From the NCBI RefSeq assembly GCF_006345805.1, contig NC_043006.1, positions 36,270,001-36,334,000 on the forward strand: 64,000 bases of DNA, in the 5' to 3' direction. This document shows positions 25,634 through 38,116 of this stretch, piece after piece (position 1 is the stretch's first letter; every line of letters starts with the position of its first letter). Made by a program: the position numbers and the translations under genes. Source of the DNA: Octopus sinensis (taxonomy: Eukaryota). The notes below the pieces were generated by a model, which saw nothing but the letters and a program-made list of their open reading frames with translations, ran no database searches and had not been told where the DNA came from.

Positions 25634-26383
25634 TACTTTTGCTGTGGTTTACTGTCAATAAATAAATTCTATAGTGATAGTGGCCAGTATATTGATTTGA
25701 CCAGGGACCTATAATGCTGCAAAAACGGCTTAGTATGGAAGTGACAGGAAGAGTACGGTGAAATTGCTATGGGGACTGAAGTATCAAACGTTTTGGATAT
25801 CACTTCTTCAATTACATGTGCTTGTGTTTGCACAGGTAAAAAAAAAATATGGTGTTTATGTAACATTGCCATTGCTACATAAAGAAATGAATTCTACCAC
25901 TATCTGGTATCTACTTAAAAGTAGGTGAACATGGCCGTAGACAATTTTAAGGGTCCTGATCACACACAACGTAGTGTTATTACTGTTCAGCTCTGATTGA
26001 GTAAACCAGTCAAAGGCATTTCAGCTGTGCCAATCCTAACTTTTGATCATATATATATATATAGTGGTATATAAAGGACTAAATTACCGGGTACATTTTC
26101 CGTTTTCTTTGGTCAGATCGCAGAGTATGATTTGAGGGAGATTTAACTGCTTTTTCTCGCAGATCGAACAACAACGGCGTAGTGGCTCCCACATCACAAT
26201 TCAGTTGTAGTTCATGAATTTCAAACTTTTTGGCTTGTTGATAGTATGTAAAAAAATAATTCGGTTATTTGTATTCTACTGTTAACATTCTGGAGTTAGA
26301 TTGTATATATGTATATAGCTCACACATCTGTTTGTTGTTTACACACCCGTCTTCGTCTTTTATTTTTTGTTGTAAATTCTCAC

Positions 26384-26427
<44 letters not shown>

Positions 26428-27319
26428 TATATATAGACGATTGCGGCACTTAAAGCGTACTAAAATTTAAACAATGAAAATCATCGGCAATGATGATGTA
26501 TTTGCATACTCTTTTTTCTTTCAGAAAAACAGTTTTCCTCTTGAATTTAATAATTGTATCAAATCTAATATGGCACGTGCCGAGTTCAGATGCAATTTTT
26601 GGGGGAAAAAAAAAGAAAAAATCAAAGTGCAGTTATTTAAAAGTAAAACAGAAGCACCTGCTCTCTCATCTCTCTCTCTCTCTCCCCTTATCCTCACTTC
26701 CTTTCCTTCCCATTTTCTCCCTCTCAACGCCTGCCACCATATTAATCAGTTTCATGAGGATAGTGCAACTATCATCTCTCTTTTGCATTATGTTAGTGGT
26801 TGTGATTAGAGCTTAGTATAATCTAGTCACACACATACTTTTATTTACATACATGCACATGATCGCTTTCTTGTCTCTCATTCAGCTGTTCTCACTTACG
26901 CACGCGTACACATCACACACGGTTTCTTTCTCGCTTTTACTGTTTCTCATTCAGCTGCCCTCACTTATAAACACACCCACACACATCTCTAGGCTATAGT
27001 GATCGCTTCTACAAGCATGAAACAAGAGAGAATATAAAAAGAAGGATTAGTGTGAAGATTAATTACAAAATAAGAGCAAAGATATGATTTTAATGGGCGT
27101 CCTTTGTTCTATCGTGGTCAGCTGCCTTCTCTGAATGACCATCCATGATCAGCAACTGACTGTTCCTGGTGAAATAGATAGAAGATTAAATATGAAAGGT
27201 TAACATTTATAGACACAGAGTTATAGGCCTCCGAGAAATGCAATGCGCTGGGATCCCTATATACACAGCCTACACGACGTACGCCACTATATATATATAT
27301 AAGCATTGATCCCCTACAG

Positions 27320-27634
27320 TAGAGGTTCGCAAAGTTTTTCGGGCTACCGCCCCCCTTGACACCCAGCCCTCATTCCAAGCGCTTCCATCCTAACTAACCA
27401 TCACAAACATAAACCTCTTTCTGAAGTAAATTCAAAGCAACTGTATTTCACAAATAAAACGTAACTTAATAAACCCATTATTTTGTTGCTTATGTATGAA
27501 TCACTACTCTATTATTATTGCTCCACTTTTTACATGAATCGCTCCCCTATTATCACTCCACTTTTTTCAATGCCCACTTGGAACTTTCCAACGTCCGGGG
27601 GAGGGGTGCATACTGCCCACTTTGGGAACCACTG
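27320..27634. mobile_element. hAT MITE with 8-bp TSD
   Basis: Right end TTTGGGAACCACTG, degenerate left end TAGAGGTTCGCAAAG; flanks CCCTACAG / CCCTAAAG (7/8). Confidence 0.8.
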
Positions 27635-27720
27635 CCCTAAAGCTCCCTGCGTACACAATCTACGTCTAAGTTACAGTACACATAGATTAGCATTGATCCA
27701 TTGCGTCCATGTCCTAAGAC

Positions 27721-27918
27721 GGTTAAACTTCTGGTATTTTGTCCCGTACTTGTCCCTTATGTATTTACGTATGTTTCACTCGTTGGCGATGTCCTGTTCT
27801 TATTGTATATTTTTTGGTACTGCTCATAGGCCCAGTTTCTTTAGCTGTAAAATCTGTTGGTTTAAGCTTTAGAATAAAAGAGAACTCCGACAAGCTTACT
27901 CTTGTGAATAACAGGAAC

Positions 27919-27962
<44 letters not shown>

Positions 27963-28021
27963 TGTTTATACATTGTGTGTGTTTAATATATATATACATA
28001 CATATATGCAGGTCCAGATGT

Positions 28022-28088
<67 letters not shown>

Positions 28089-28750
28089 AGTACCAAAAAA
28101 TATACAATAAGAAGAGGACATCGCCAACGAGTGAAAAATACGTAAATACATAAGGGACAAGTACGGGACAAAATACCAGAAGTCTAACCCCTCCTCAGTT
28201 GTCGACTGTTAATTACTCCCTATTTTGACCTTTCAGTGACAATATAGGAAACCTTCATAAAACAGCAGCATCCAGAAATTTTTAAAATATAAAATTTGTG
28301 GAGAGTTAGAACTTCGAACGAACAAACGACATAGTGGACCTACAGAGTAAGCAATCGACGAAGACAAACATTATTAAGGGTCAAGACGCATTGTAATGAG
28401 TAACACCTGGGAGAAATTTTGAAAGGATATAAAATAAATAGAAGAGAAGAAAATAGTATAAGAGAAATAAATGTCGGGAGGCGAGAAAAATGACGTCTAG
28501 CTAAGTAGACGTCACGTCCAGAAAAAGAGAGTGGTGTGAGAAATGGCCATATTTTAATAATTTCTGGATGCTGCTGTTTTATGAAGGTTTCCTATCTTGT
28601 TGAAAGCTCGAAATAGGGAGTAATTAACAGTCGACAGCTGAGGAGGGGGTTTGACTTCTTTTGGTATTTTGTCCCGTACTTGTCTCTCATTATGTATTTA
28701 CGTATTTTTCACTTGTTGGTGATGCCCTCTACTTGATGTATTTTATATTT
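27721..28750. mobile_element. Foldback-type element(s) with three long inverted arms
   Basis: 27721-27821 vs 28089-28189 inverted (3 mismatches); 28089-28290 vs ~28550-28745 inverted, more diverged. Confidence 0.8.
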
Positions 28751-29710
28751 ATTTATAATCGAACGCCACTCAGCCTTGTCCACAGTAAGTTTTTACTTAT
28801 ATGTGCACGTACGCACACACACACATACATACACATACATGTGTGTGTGTGACGGTTGGATGCATGTGCATTTCAGATTTTCCAGTTTCCTTTCTGTGTC
28901 TATTCTTTCCATGTCTATTCCCTCTTTCGGAAGAAGAGTGTTCGAAACGAAAACATTTCCTACCCACCGCCCACCCACCCCCAGTTTCCTGAGCGTCAAA
29001 CTAATACCAACTCTGTTTATTTTTTTTTTACAACGTCTTTGTGTTGTATTTTTCGTAACCTTTGCACTAAATGTGCATCTATATTCATTCATTCATTCTG
29101 TAAAATGCTTTACTACAATAAAACCACAAATTTTTTATTGCTTCCTGCTGAGCTGAACTATGAAGAGATTAGGATGTGTGCAGTTCACTGTTTTCATTTC
29201 CTATTCAAGAATTGTCATTAAACAATTAACGCTGGAAATTGTTCTAGTACATTATAAATGGTTCTTATTTTAAAAATAAAAGAGAAGAATCCGTTACCTA
29301 CACATCGGTGCTTTACCCTTTTAAACTGTCTCAATACAGACACGTATTTTTACTTTCCATCATATACACGTATGTGTGCACATTTGTATGCATGTGAAAT
29401 CTTGTGTGTGTGCTTACACATTTTCTCTCTGTCTCGTACACATGGTCTGTTGCTTCGTTTGTTTTAGCCGTTACAGCTTAGGCGCTTGCACCAACTCGTG
29501 ATCTTTCATACACACACACACACACACACACACATTTTTATGTTTGCACAATTTACAATCTCAAACTCACTTATGTGTGGTATATACACTCACCCCTCCT
29601 CTCTCTCGCTCTCTCGTTTGTTATGGTGTAAAAAAACATTTTAAAATCTTTTTTTTTATATTTTAAGTTTATCCTTTTTGGTGAGTGTGTGTGTAGATGG
29701 ATGCATTTTC

Positions 29711-29711
<1 letters not shown>

Positions 29712-29772
<61 letters not shown>

Positions 29773-29780
29773 GTTGTTAT
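29712..29780. repeat. (ATT)n microsatellite
   Basis: Visible directly. Confidence 0.95.
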
Positions 29781-30470
29781 TGGAAATATTTGAAAAAGAT
29801 AAAAAGAACGGTGCATAATAACGTTTAAGTAGATCTTCATTAATGGCATTTAGAATCATTATCATCATCATAGTTGTCATTCTTGACTTCTGGCAATGGT
29901 AGCACAGACATCCTCATCAGCAACACCATTTATTTATTTTTTTATTGCTATTTCATCTATCATTTTCATCATCTCATCCAACTGAGCGAATCTCTATTAG
30001 TAACTTTTTAACATTGTATCTTCGTCGTCGCTATCGCTGTCGTCATTGTTATCGTCGTCGACTTCGCAGTTGTCTTCATAATCGTCATCATGAATTCTTT
30101 TGGTCTGTAAGAGTACTGTCATAATTATGCTGCCAGTTCCATCCGTTATTTATCACTATAATCATTTTCATAGACCTAACCAGAACAACCTATAACTATT
30201 AGTGCTATTTATCAATTTCGTCATCGTCGTCCAGAACGATATTTGAAGATGCATTATTGCCAATAATCATTATCGTCATTATCAACTTCGTTGTAATCGT
30301 TGTCGTCGTCATCATATGCATTGTTGGCAGAAGCAGTTCGTATCTCACAATTAGCGATACCATCATCAGCATTATCATAAATTTTGGCAATGAAATAGGT
30401 ATGACAAAGGAAGGAATCAAAGCGCTGTTGTTTAGGAAAATCACCTGCTCTCTCTGTCTGTCTCTCTCTT

Positions 30471-30516
<46 letters not shown>

Positions 30517-32443
30517 CTTTTTTCCTTATTCCATACTGCTATCATCTATCCAATTTTTCCCTACCATGATAGGAGACACTTGCTCAAGGGGCCACGTAGT
30601 GGGATCGGATACGAGGTCTCAACTTATTGATGATGCCTGTCCCACTATATCAATGACAAAGTTCTGTTATAAATTAAGATCAATAACTGATTTATTTAGA
30701 ATCATATTATATATTCGTTATTCCTATGGTAATGGTGTGCGTTAGACTGATGCCGGTAATTTTTAGCTGTTAGTAACTTGGTTAGCAACAATAAATATGT
30801 GGCTAGACTCACTGGAAGCAATCTTTTCTTTTTTTAATATTTCTAAATTAAGATTTTCACATGATGACGGTGATGGTGGTGATAATAAAGTTGTTGGTGA
30901 TTATATTTATGGTGAAGTGTCTGTGGAATAATCTGCTTAGCTATACGATTTAAATTAGATCCTTTGAGCGAACAGCTAGAATAGTCATCGTCAAAACCGA
31001 CGGAAGATCCATTTAGTTTAATATCTTCCTTTCGTTGAGGGTACACACACGGTCACAAATTTGTAAACAATCCAAGCAAAGTAAGGAAGAGATACAGCAC
31101 GATTTCAGATTTGAAAATGGTGGGAGTGCCTGTCTGCATGCGCAATTAGGGGTCATTAGAAATATGTTAAACTAATCAAAGACATGTGTTGTTTATTTCC
31201 TTTGTGTTATTTTTTTGTTTTTGTTGTTATGACTGCTGATATTAATGCCGTCGTTATCTCAGTATCTTCATCTGTTACACGCTTAAACAAGTTTTTTTTT
31301 TGCCTTTTTAAAAAATATTTTCCAGTGTTCTTTTTTAAAATATCTTTTAAAAAATCTTCTCTGCCCTATCAGATTAGGTGATTTAATTTAAAGTTCCTGT
31401 TGTATGGATGTATGGATGTAATATAAAACTGTAACGTGATTTCCATTTTTTTTCTTTTGTGTGCGTGTGTGTGTCTTTGCAGATTAAAAAAAAATTGCTG
31501 TTAAAACAATCACAATCGAATGCGAACGAATACACAATTGATCTTTTTTTGCTTTGTGCGTGTACACGTGCATGCATATATAATTTATATGTATGTCCGA
31601 TTTCATTCAGTTGCCATGTGAAGTTGGATCAGACGGTAGTTAACCGAATTAGATTAGATACCTCGGTCTGAGAAACAAGTTTGTGTGAGGAGTGTGGTCT
31701 CTAGGGTGACTTACTTTGAAGAATTGAGGGGTAGCGTTAAAAAGTGCCTGTTTTAAGTTCTAGTCACGTTTGTGATTGGTAAGATTTGATACTGTTGATG
31801 TCAGGTTGAACATATGTAAAGTAAACGTCTTTAGGAAGAACGTGGGAGAGAAAAGAATTCTAGCGGGTTGATCTTCTGATATGGAAAGATTGGACAAAGT
31901 GGTTGGTCTGGATCCTGGGAGGGGAGAGGTGAGTGACAAGCGGGGTTAGGTGGCCGTGTTGCGCGACGAATTATTTCTAAGGATCAAGAGGCCGTTATAG
32001 TAATGATAAACATTTTTGGTTCGGGGGTCATTGCCTATAACTTGGAAGTTCCCCTCACATACACACATTTTTTTGAAGAGGTAGTGAGTGTTAAAGGATT
32101 TTGTGTGTTTCAGCAGCACTGTCAAAGATGTGCGAGTGGTATTCCATTATGGATATCATTCGAAATTTGTAAGAGCCGTTATTTGGGCTGTCTTTTCTGA
32201 TCCCGAAGCGAAAGGCTATTCTTTGAGAGGCAGTTCCTTCCCCACTCTTTGCTTATAAGTGTGAGATCGCCATGAGCTATTCACAGACATTATGAGACCG
32301 AGCATTTGTAGCCGTCTTGATACTTGTGATACAGATATCACCTGCATATCCACACACACACACACACGTATATCATTTTACTGTTTTAAAGCAGATATAA
32401 CAAATTATGTTTGTTTTTAATATCTATGACGATGTGAAAGATA

Positions 32444-33092
32444 TTACACCTGCGTGCATTTAGAAAGGACGGTTGTGTTCCTGTACTGAATCTTGGAGCT
32501 AGCGAATGCTGGGTGGAAGTCACTATAAGGCGGCAGTTGGGAGACATTGATTTGGAAATAAGAGTTTGTGGAGCGACATGTACATCAACTTCTGAAACCT
32601 CCAACCTCGTCAGCTAAAGTATTGTTACCTCGTGCTCCTATTGTTACAGCCGTTGAAGTTCCTGTTGTTGCTGGAAAACTTGAAGTTTTTGAGTTATCTG
32701 AAATGCCAGGTGTAGTTTCTGAATTATCTGAAATGTCAACTACTGCTAACTCTCCGCTATGTGATATTGCTGTCTCTCCCAGTACATTTGAAGCACCGAC
32801 TGGTCCTGAAGTTCGTAGGTCAGTCAATTGCCCTTCAGGTTTAACAATTACGTGTTTGGAAAACACCAATAGTTGGTCGGTCCCGACAAGAACATGGAAG
32901 CCGGGGAAACAGCCCCAGTGTTAGTTGCCTGGCTATCTATGTAGCTTTCCAGGAAATAAAAGGTATAAAAGGTGCTTGGAACTGACTGGAAGCCATGTTG
33001 CAGCAGTATCAATGAGAAGCAAGGGCTGCATTAAGTTTCAGTATGTCGCCCTTGCATTTACATCCAGTGAAGGATACAACAGGGTCAAGTAA
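32444..33092. pseudogene. Coding-like island of unknown origin and strand
   Basis: Minus frame 32920-32444 has one internal TGA; plus frame 32568-33092 has one internal TAG; A/T-rich shared third positions; internal 24-bp duplication (ISDNS twice). Confidence 0.4.
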
Positions 33093-33194
33093 GACTTATT
33101 TATGTCAGGCAGTAAGACCTATGTCATGCAGGGTCAAGTAAGACCTATGTCACGCAGTAAGACCTATGTCATGCAGGGTCAAGTAAGACCTATG
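33080..33194. repeat. Tandem repeat, ~45-49-bp unit built from AGTAAGACCTATGTCA subunits
   Basis: CAGGGTCAAGTAAGAC starts at 33080, 33129 and 33174. Confidence 0.9.
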
Positions 33195-33202
33195 CCGTTG
33201 AC

Positions 33203-33490
33203 CAGTGCTTCTCAAACTATCTTATGTGGCGTACTGGCAGTTTTTTGCTTTTCAATGTGCAAAGGACTGGTAATATTTCTTAGTAATATTAATTTATACC
33301 GGAAACAATATATATAATGAATATAATAAAAGTTGACAATTTTTTATCTTATGTTTATTTTGTAAACAAATAATACAATATTACATAAGCATTTTATAAT
33401 GCTTCTTTCTTTTCTGGAAACTCGCCGCGTACCGGCAACTGATGGCGCATGGACCAGTGCCGGCCAGCGGACCACCACTTTCAGTAGCCG
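33203..33490. mobile_element. hAT-type MITE (different family), right end eroded
   Basis: CAGTGCTTCTCAAACT left end; ACTTTCAGTAGC right end. Confidence 0.55.
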
Positions 33491-33994
33491 TAAACGACAT
33501 CGAGAGCGTCTCAGGTCACAGTCATTTGTGATCCCTTATTGCTTTCCGCACATGAAAGCATATATGGTATACGTAACTACACGCTTAAGTACATGTGTGC
33601 ATGTTTTTTTTTTTACCTCCGCCAAGGAATGAGGTTATGTTTTCATTGGATTTGGCTTGTCCATCTGTGTGCAAAATAACTCAAAACGTTTTGAACGGTA
33701 TTTGATGAAACCCACAGGAAAAGTTGGTAATGACACAAGGAACAGATGATGAAATTTTGGTAGTGATCCGGGAATTTTTATGGATTCTTGAAGGATTTTT
33801 CATTTGTTATATTTACTTTACATGAAGTATTACAATGTTACATTCTTTGATTATATCCCTTGAAAACACGTTCACTGTTTCCACATAACCTATGGTGGCG
33901 TTGCTGTTTCCAAAGTTTATTTTCGTTTCTTTATTAGAAATTTTACTTGCGTATCTATCTTAAAATGAGCTGCTTGGCGGAGGTCTGCGGAGGA

Positions 33995-34340
33995 TGACAT
34001 GACAAGCTTTGACTATTGGGATCGACTCAAAAAGCTCATATCACAAAACTATGACATAACTATTTCACCTCAATTGGCCCTGCTCTCTTCAATATCGTGC
34101 CTGACCGACATAAAGGAGGAAAGTGACTTCACGGCTTTCAAACGATCCCTAGATGATTACCCACAACAAATACCAGATAAACCACCCACACCCAGATATG
34201 TCTCTGAAAACAATAACTCTCTGATTGAATGGGCTACGGTTCCCCAGAGCTGACTGTGTATCTCTTCCAGGTGGTGCTATTAAATTAGACATGGCCTGAG
34301 TCAACTTTGGTCGAAACTTATCTAAGTAATCTAATCTATG
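33995..34340 (+). mobile_element. 5'-truncated CR1/L2-group LINE 3' end
   Basis: Frameshifted YWDRLKKL...YFTSIGPALFNIVP...FKRSLDDY...IPDKP...NNSLIEW*, short 3' UTR and an (ATCTA)-like tail. Confidence 0.8.
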
Positions 34341-34725
34341 CTGTAACCTTTTAATCAAAGCATGACAACGTGGGTAGAGGCTGATATCTTAACATTTCTG
34401 ATGGTCTTAAGTATAAAAAAAATTATTAAAGATTTATATAGAACTACATTCAGAGTATGTCTAGTTTCTATCCTCAAACTGTTCCGTTTTGTAGATGCAA
34501 TTTTTTTTATTAATTAAGCACTCCGAAATTAGAAAAATCAAAAATCTGCAACAGTCTCGGTCCCATGCGTATCGGATAATGGATTTTCAACTGTGTAAAA
34601 AAACTGTTTGTGGTGATCGTAGTTTTGACGGTGATTGTGGTGAAAGCAGAGACAGTGTTGATGATGACGATGGTCGAGATAGGTATGGGAGGAGGATAAA
34701 ATAGTATCGGCGGTTAAAATGGCGA

Positions 34726-34960
34726 AGGCGGCGAGTTGGCAGAAACGTTAGCACGCCGGGCGAAATGCGTAGCCGTATTTTGTCTGCCATTACGTTCTGA
34801 GTTCAAATTCCGCCGAGGTCGACTTTGCTTTTCATCCTTTCGGGGTCGATTAAATAAGTACCAGTTACGCACTGGGGTCGATATAATTGACTTAATCCGT
34901 TTGTCTGTCCTTGTTTGTCCTCTCTGTGTTTAGCCCTTTGTGGGTAGTAAAGAAATAGGT
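34726..34960 (+). mobile_element. Full-length tRNA-derived SINE (second family) with 14-bp TSD
   Basis: A-box-like GGCGAGTTGGCAGAAACGTTAGC, B-box GAGTTCAAATTCC; TSD GGTTAAAATGGCGA at 34712-34725 and 34961-34974. Confidence 0.92.
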
Positions 34961-35639
34961 GGTTAAAATGGCGACAGAGGCGGTGTGATGTGTGGTACTG
35001 AGGTGATGTTGATGATAGTGTTAGTTGTGTGATGGTGGTATTGTAGTGGTTATACTGGTTGTGGTGGTAAAAGTGACTGTCAAGGTAACCGTCATGATAA
35101 CGTTGATGGCGTTGTATGTGGTTGAAGTGGAAGCAATGGCAATGATGCTGATGATGTTGGTGGTTGTGGTGGTGGTGATTGTGATATGGTGGTGGTGGTG
35201 GTGGTTGTCGTCATAGTACTGCTCCTGCTGGTTTGGCGGAGGTCTGCGCTGAGTGCTTTTCTAGTTTTTTTTTTCTTTTTTTATATCTAATTAATGGAAT
35301 TTAGACAGAGCAGTAGTGTGTGTACGCGCTCAAACGTATCGATATACATACATGTACAAATGGGCGCCGGCGAGGGTGGCATTGCATATGTGGATCTAAT
35401 ATGCTAAACTTTATCGATGTTTTACATATTAAGACAGTGACTTTGAAAGTTCATAGCTGTAATCTGATTAGGCGTGTTCTTTTCGGTTTTGTCAAACTCA
35501 GCATCTTTAGACATGCTCAAGTAATTATTGGTAGAAATTTAAAGTTATTGTCTGGAGAGAGTAACTGCAGATTTCTCATCAGTTCAGCATAGGTGTTCCT
35601 TCTTATTCACAAATCTTTAACATTATGCATGTGTGTATG

Positions 35640-35880
35640 CCCGCGTAAATGTCCAGCAATTTTGACAGAATCGGTAGAGCGTCGCACAAATGTTTTGCGA
35701 TCTTTGTTCCGGCTCATTACGTTATGAGTTGAAATGCTACCGAGGTCAGCTTTCTTTACCTTTCGTCCTTCTGGGGTCAGCAAAGTACTTCTCACGTACT
35801 AAGTCCCATATAATCGGTTATTCCCTATTCCGCCAAATTTCTGGCTTTGTGCCTATATGAGAATTTTTATTATTTGGGAA
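35640..35880 (+). mobile_element. SINE, second family (decayed)
   Basis: GAGTTGAAATGCTACCGAGGTCAGCTTTC...CTTCTGGGGTC body. Confidence 0.65.
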
Positions 35881-37322
35881 GCTATATGACTCAGGGCGTG
35901 GAGTTTCGAACCAAAACCAAGTTCGATAAGTGCTTTGGCATGAAAATTCCATTTGTCAGTTTGTGTATAAACTATATCGCCCTTGCAACGATGCTTTTAA
36001 CACCGTTACATTAGGAGTGTTAAAAACGAGCTAACTTTTAAACTATTCTCTCTTAGTTTAAAGTGTCTTTGTTGTTTCTCCCTATCAACACTAACATTCT
36101 CTACATTCTCATTTCTTTATTTTATTCGTTATTACTGTCTGCACACTCTCTCTCACCCTCTTTCCCCTTTGATCTTTCTCCCTTTTTCTCTCGCTTCCTC
36201 CGTCACTGTCTTTCTCTTTGTCTCTTTTTCTCTCTCAGGGTTTCTACTTTTTCTTTTACTCTGTCTTTCTTCTGCTGCCTCATTCTTATTGCCTTCTTCT
36301 TGTTTTCTCTCTCACCTCTCTCCATTCTCTCTCACACTTGAATTTTCTATTCTTTTTATCTCTCTACTTCTCTCACCCACTCCATTTCTTCACGCTTAAT
36401 CTGTGGCCAGTTCAGTCTCATTCGGTATCGATTTTTATATCAGAAATTTACCTTATCTGATGAATATAAATATGGGAAGCCTTTGTTCCCTCTCCTCGTC
36501 TTTTCCTCTCTCACTATTTCTCCCTGTCTTTTTCTGGTTGTCGACATCATGGTTTCCGCCAGTATTTCTACTACACTTGTCTCTTCTCCTTCTCCCCATC
36601 GAAAGATCTCGAACTTAAGAGCGACCTCGGTCAGAGAAATCAATGAAGTTTTTAAGTCAATGAATTTGCTCGCGGTCAGGCTGCTGGTCGTTGACCTTCA
36701 CCTCTCGTGTCATTCTGACTCTCGCTTTTATCCTTTCTACACCATCACCACTAATAACTATTACTTCACAATTACTCTACGATCTAATCTGTTTATGTAA
36801 ACAATCGCTGCATGTCAGATGTCTGCAATATAAATATCGTTAGAGCTCTTTACAGTTTCAGCTCAAATCTCATCTGCGGTAAATTTGCCTTGCGAATCGA
36901 CAAATTAACGTACCATTTAAGTAGGAAGAGGGGTTAATATTACCTGAAAAGCATCCTAGATGTGAAAAGAAGACTATAAGCCCAGTTCACTCTCAACTCA
37001 CTTGTTGACCTGTATGTAGATGTTTAGGTATCGATCGCAGTAGATCCCACAGGCTGTGGGAGAGGGCTTGAAAACTGTTCTAGATACTGTTCCTCCCCCT
37101 CCTCTGACTAACTTAGACATTAAAAAAAATTTGAATCGTTTGCATATTGCCAGCGGTGTTGTTTAACCCTAGCCCTGATCCAGCAGATCTGAAGTCAGAC
37201 ATTTCATCCATAAACATTATTTTTTTCCAAGTCAGCGAGGTGTAATTTGAGAGAGATTTGACTGCTATTTCTAGCTAGTCGAGTGATTGTGGTAAAAGGA
37301 ATTATTAATGAATGTTGTCACA

Positions 37323-37376
<54 letters not shown>

Positions 37377-37394
37377 TTTTTTTTTATATAACAG

Positions 37395-37716
37395 TGAAGG
37401 CGCCTGGTCAGATGTGTAAGTTCGATACTCAGCGGCGAGTTGTGTCCTTGAGCAAGACACTTTATTTCATGTTACTCCGGTCCACTCAGCTGGCAAAAAT
37501 TTGTAATACCTGCATTTCAAAGGGTATGCCTTATCACATTCTGTGTCACACTGAATCTCTCTGAGAACTACGTTAAGCTTCCCGCGTGTCTGTGGAATGC
37601 TCAGACATGTGCACGTTGATTTCACGAGCAGGCTATTCCGTTGATCGGATCAGCTGGAACACTCGTCGTATTATAAAGATGACCGACACTCGTCGTCGTA
37701 ACCGACGGAGTGCCAG
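37395..37716 (+). mobile_element. tRNA-derived SINE, third family
   Basis: AGTTCGATACTC B-box, GTCCTTGAGCAAGACACTTTA core, tail GTCGTAACCGACGGAGTGCCA; inverse of the 18747-18930 copy. Confidence 0.8.
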
Positions 37717-38073
37717 TCATATTTATAACATAACTAAACTTTAACGAGAGAGCTCGTGACGGTTATGTAAACTCCGAAAAGATTCTATGATCCAAAATAG
37801 CAATATTCTAGTTTCCGATCACGTAGTCTCATTAACTTGTGGCTTTAAATACAATCGATCTCTGCAGCAATAATATACATTTTGGAAAATAAATGAAAGA
37901 AAAAATAAAATGATGTTAAATGAGATAAATGTTATTAATATTTCAACTCGTTTATATTTATAGTTGCTGGGTAGCACTTGTATAATATCTTACGCCAGCT
38001 AATTTATCAGGATATTGTTACACATCGTCGTCATCGTTGTCATTGTCATTTTGTTCCGTTTTTCCAAACGGGC

Positions 38074-38116
38074 ATGGATTGGACGTTTTCTGATGTAGTG
38101 TTTTACGAACTGATAT
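38074..38116 (+). CDS. Candidate first coding exon of an uncharacterised spliced gene (MDWTFSDVVFYELI)
   Basis: acgggcATGG start context, T|gtatgt donor (phase 1), at the CpG-rich to CpG-poor transition; phase matches the only open frame of the 43571 exon. Confidence 0.55.

Larger units (their letters stand above)
33615..35265 (+). mobile_element. Helentron/HINE-like non-autonomous element interrupted by a 1.24-kb insert
   Basis: Perfect 12-bp subterminal IR ACCTCCGCCAAG (33615-33626) / CTTGGCGGAGGT (33973-33984); 3' end ...GAGTGCTTTTCTAGT at 35265; T-runs on both flanks; 16-bp direct repeat at 33974-33989 and 35233-35248. Confidence 0.65.

Noticed and set aside
26490-26640. Signal-peptide-like ORF start (…LLNLIIVSNLIWHVPSSDA-IFGGKKKKK)
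   Set aside because: Continues into poly-A and CT-repeat sequence; hydrophobic translations are expected from T-rich DNA.
31800-32340. Non-repetitive block that may be a decayed retroelement ORF on the minus strand
   Set aside because: No motif I could identify with confidence; left unannotated.
32570-32600. In-frame TGA followed by CTC (S*CTC) as possible selenocysteine
   Set aside because: Single TGA, no recognisable selenoprotein fold and no SECIS identified; a nonsense mutation or antisense shadow frame is simpler.
33080-33194. CRISPR-like appearance of short repeats here and at 58680-59110
   Set aside because: No unique equal-length spacers, no cas genes, and a eukaryotic context.
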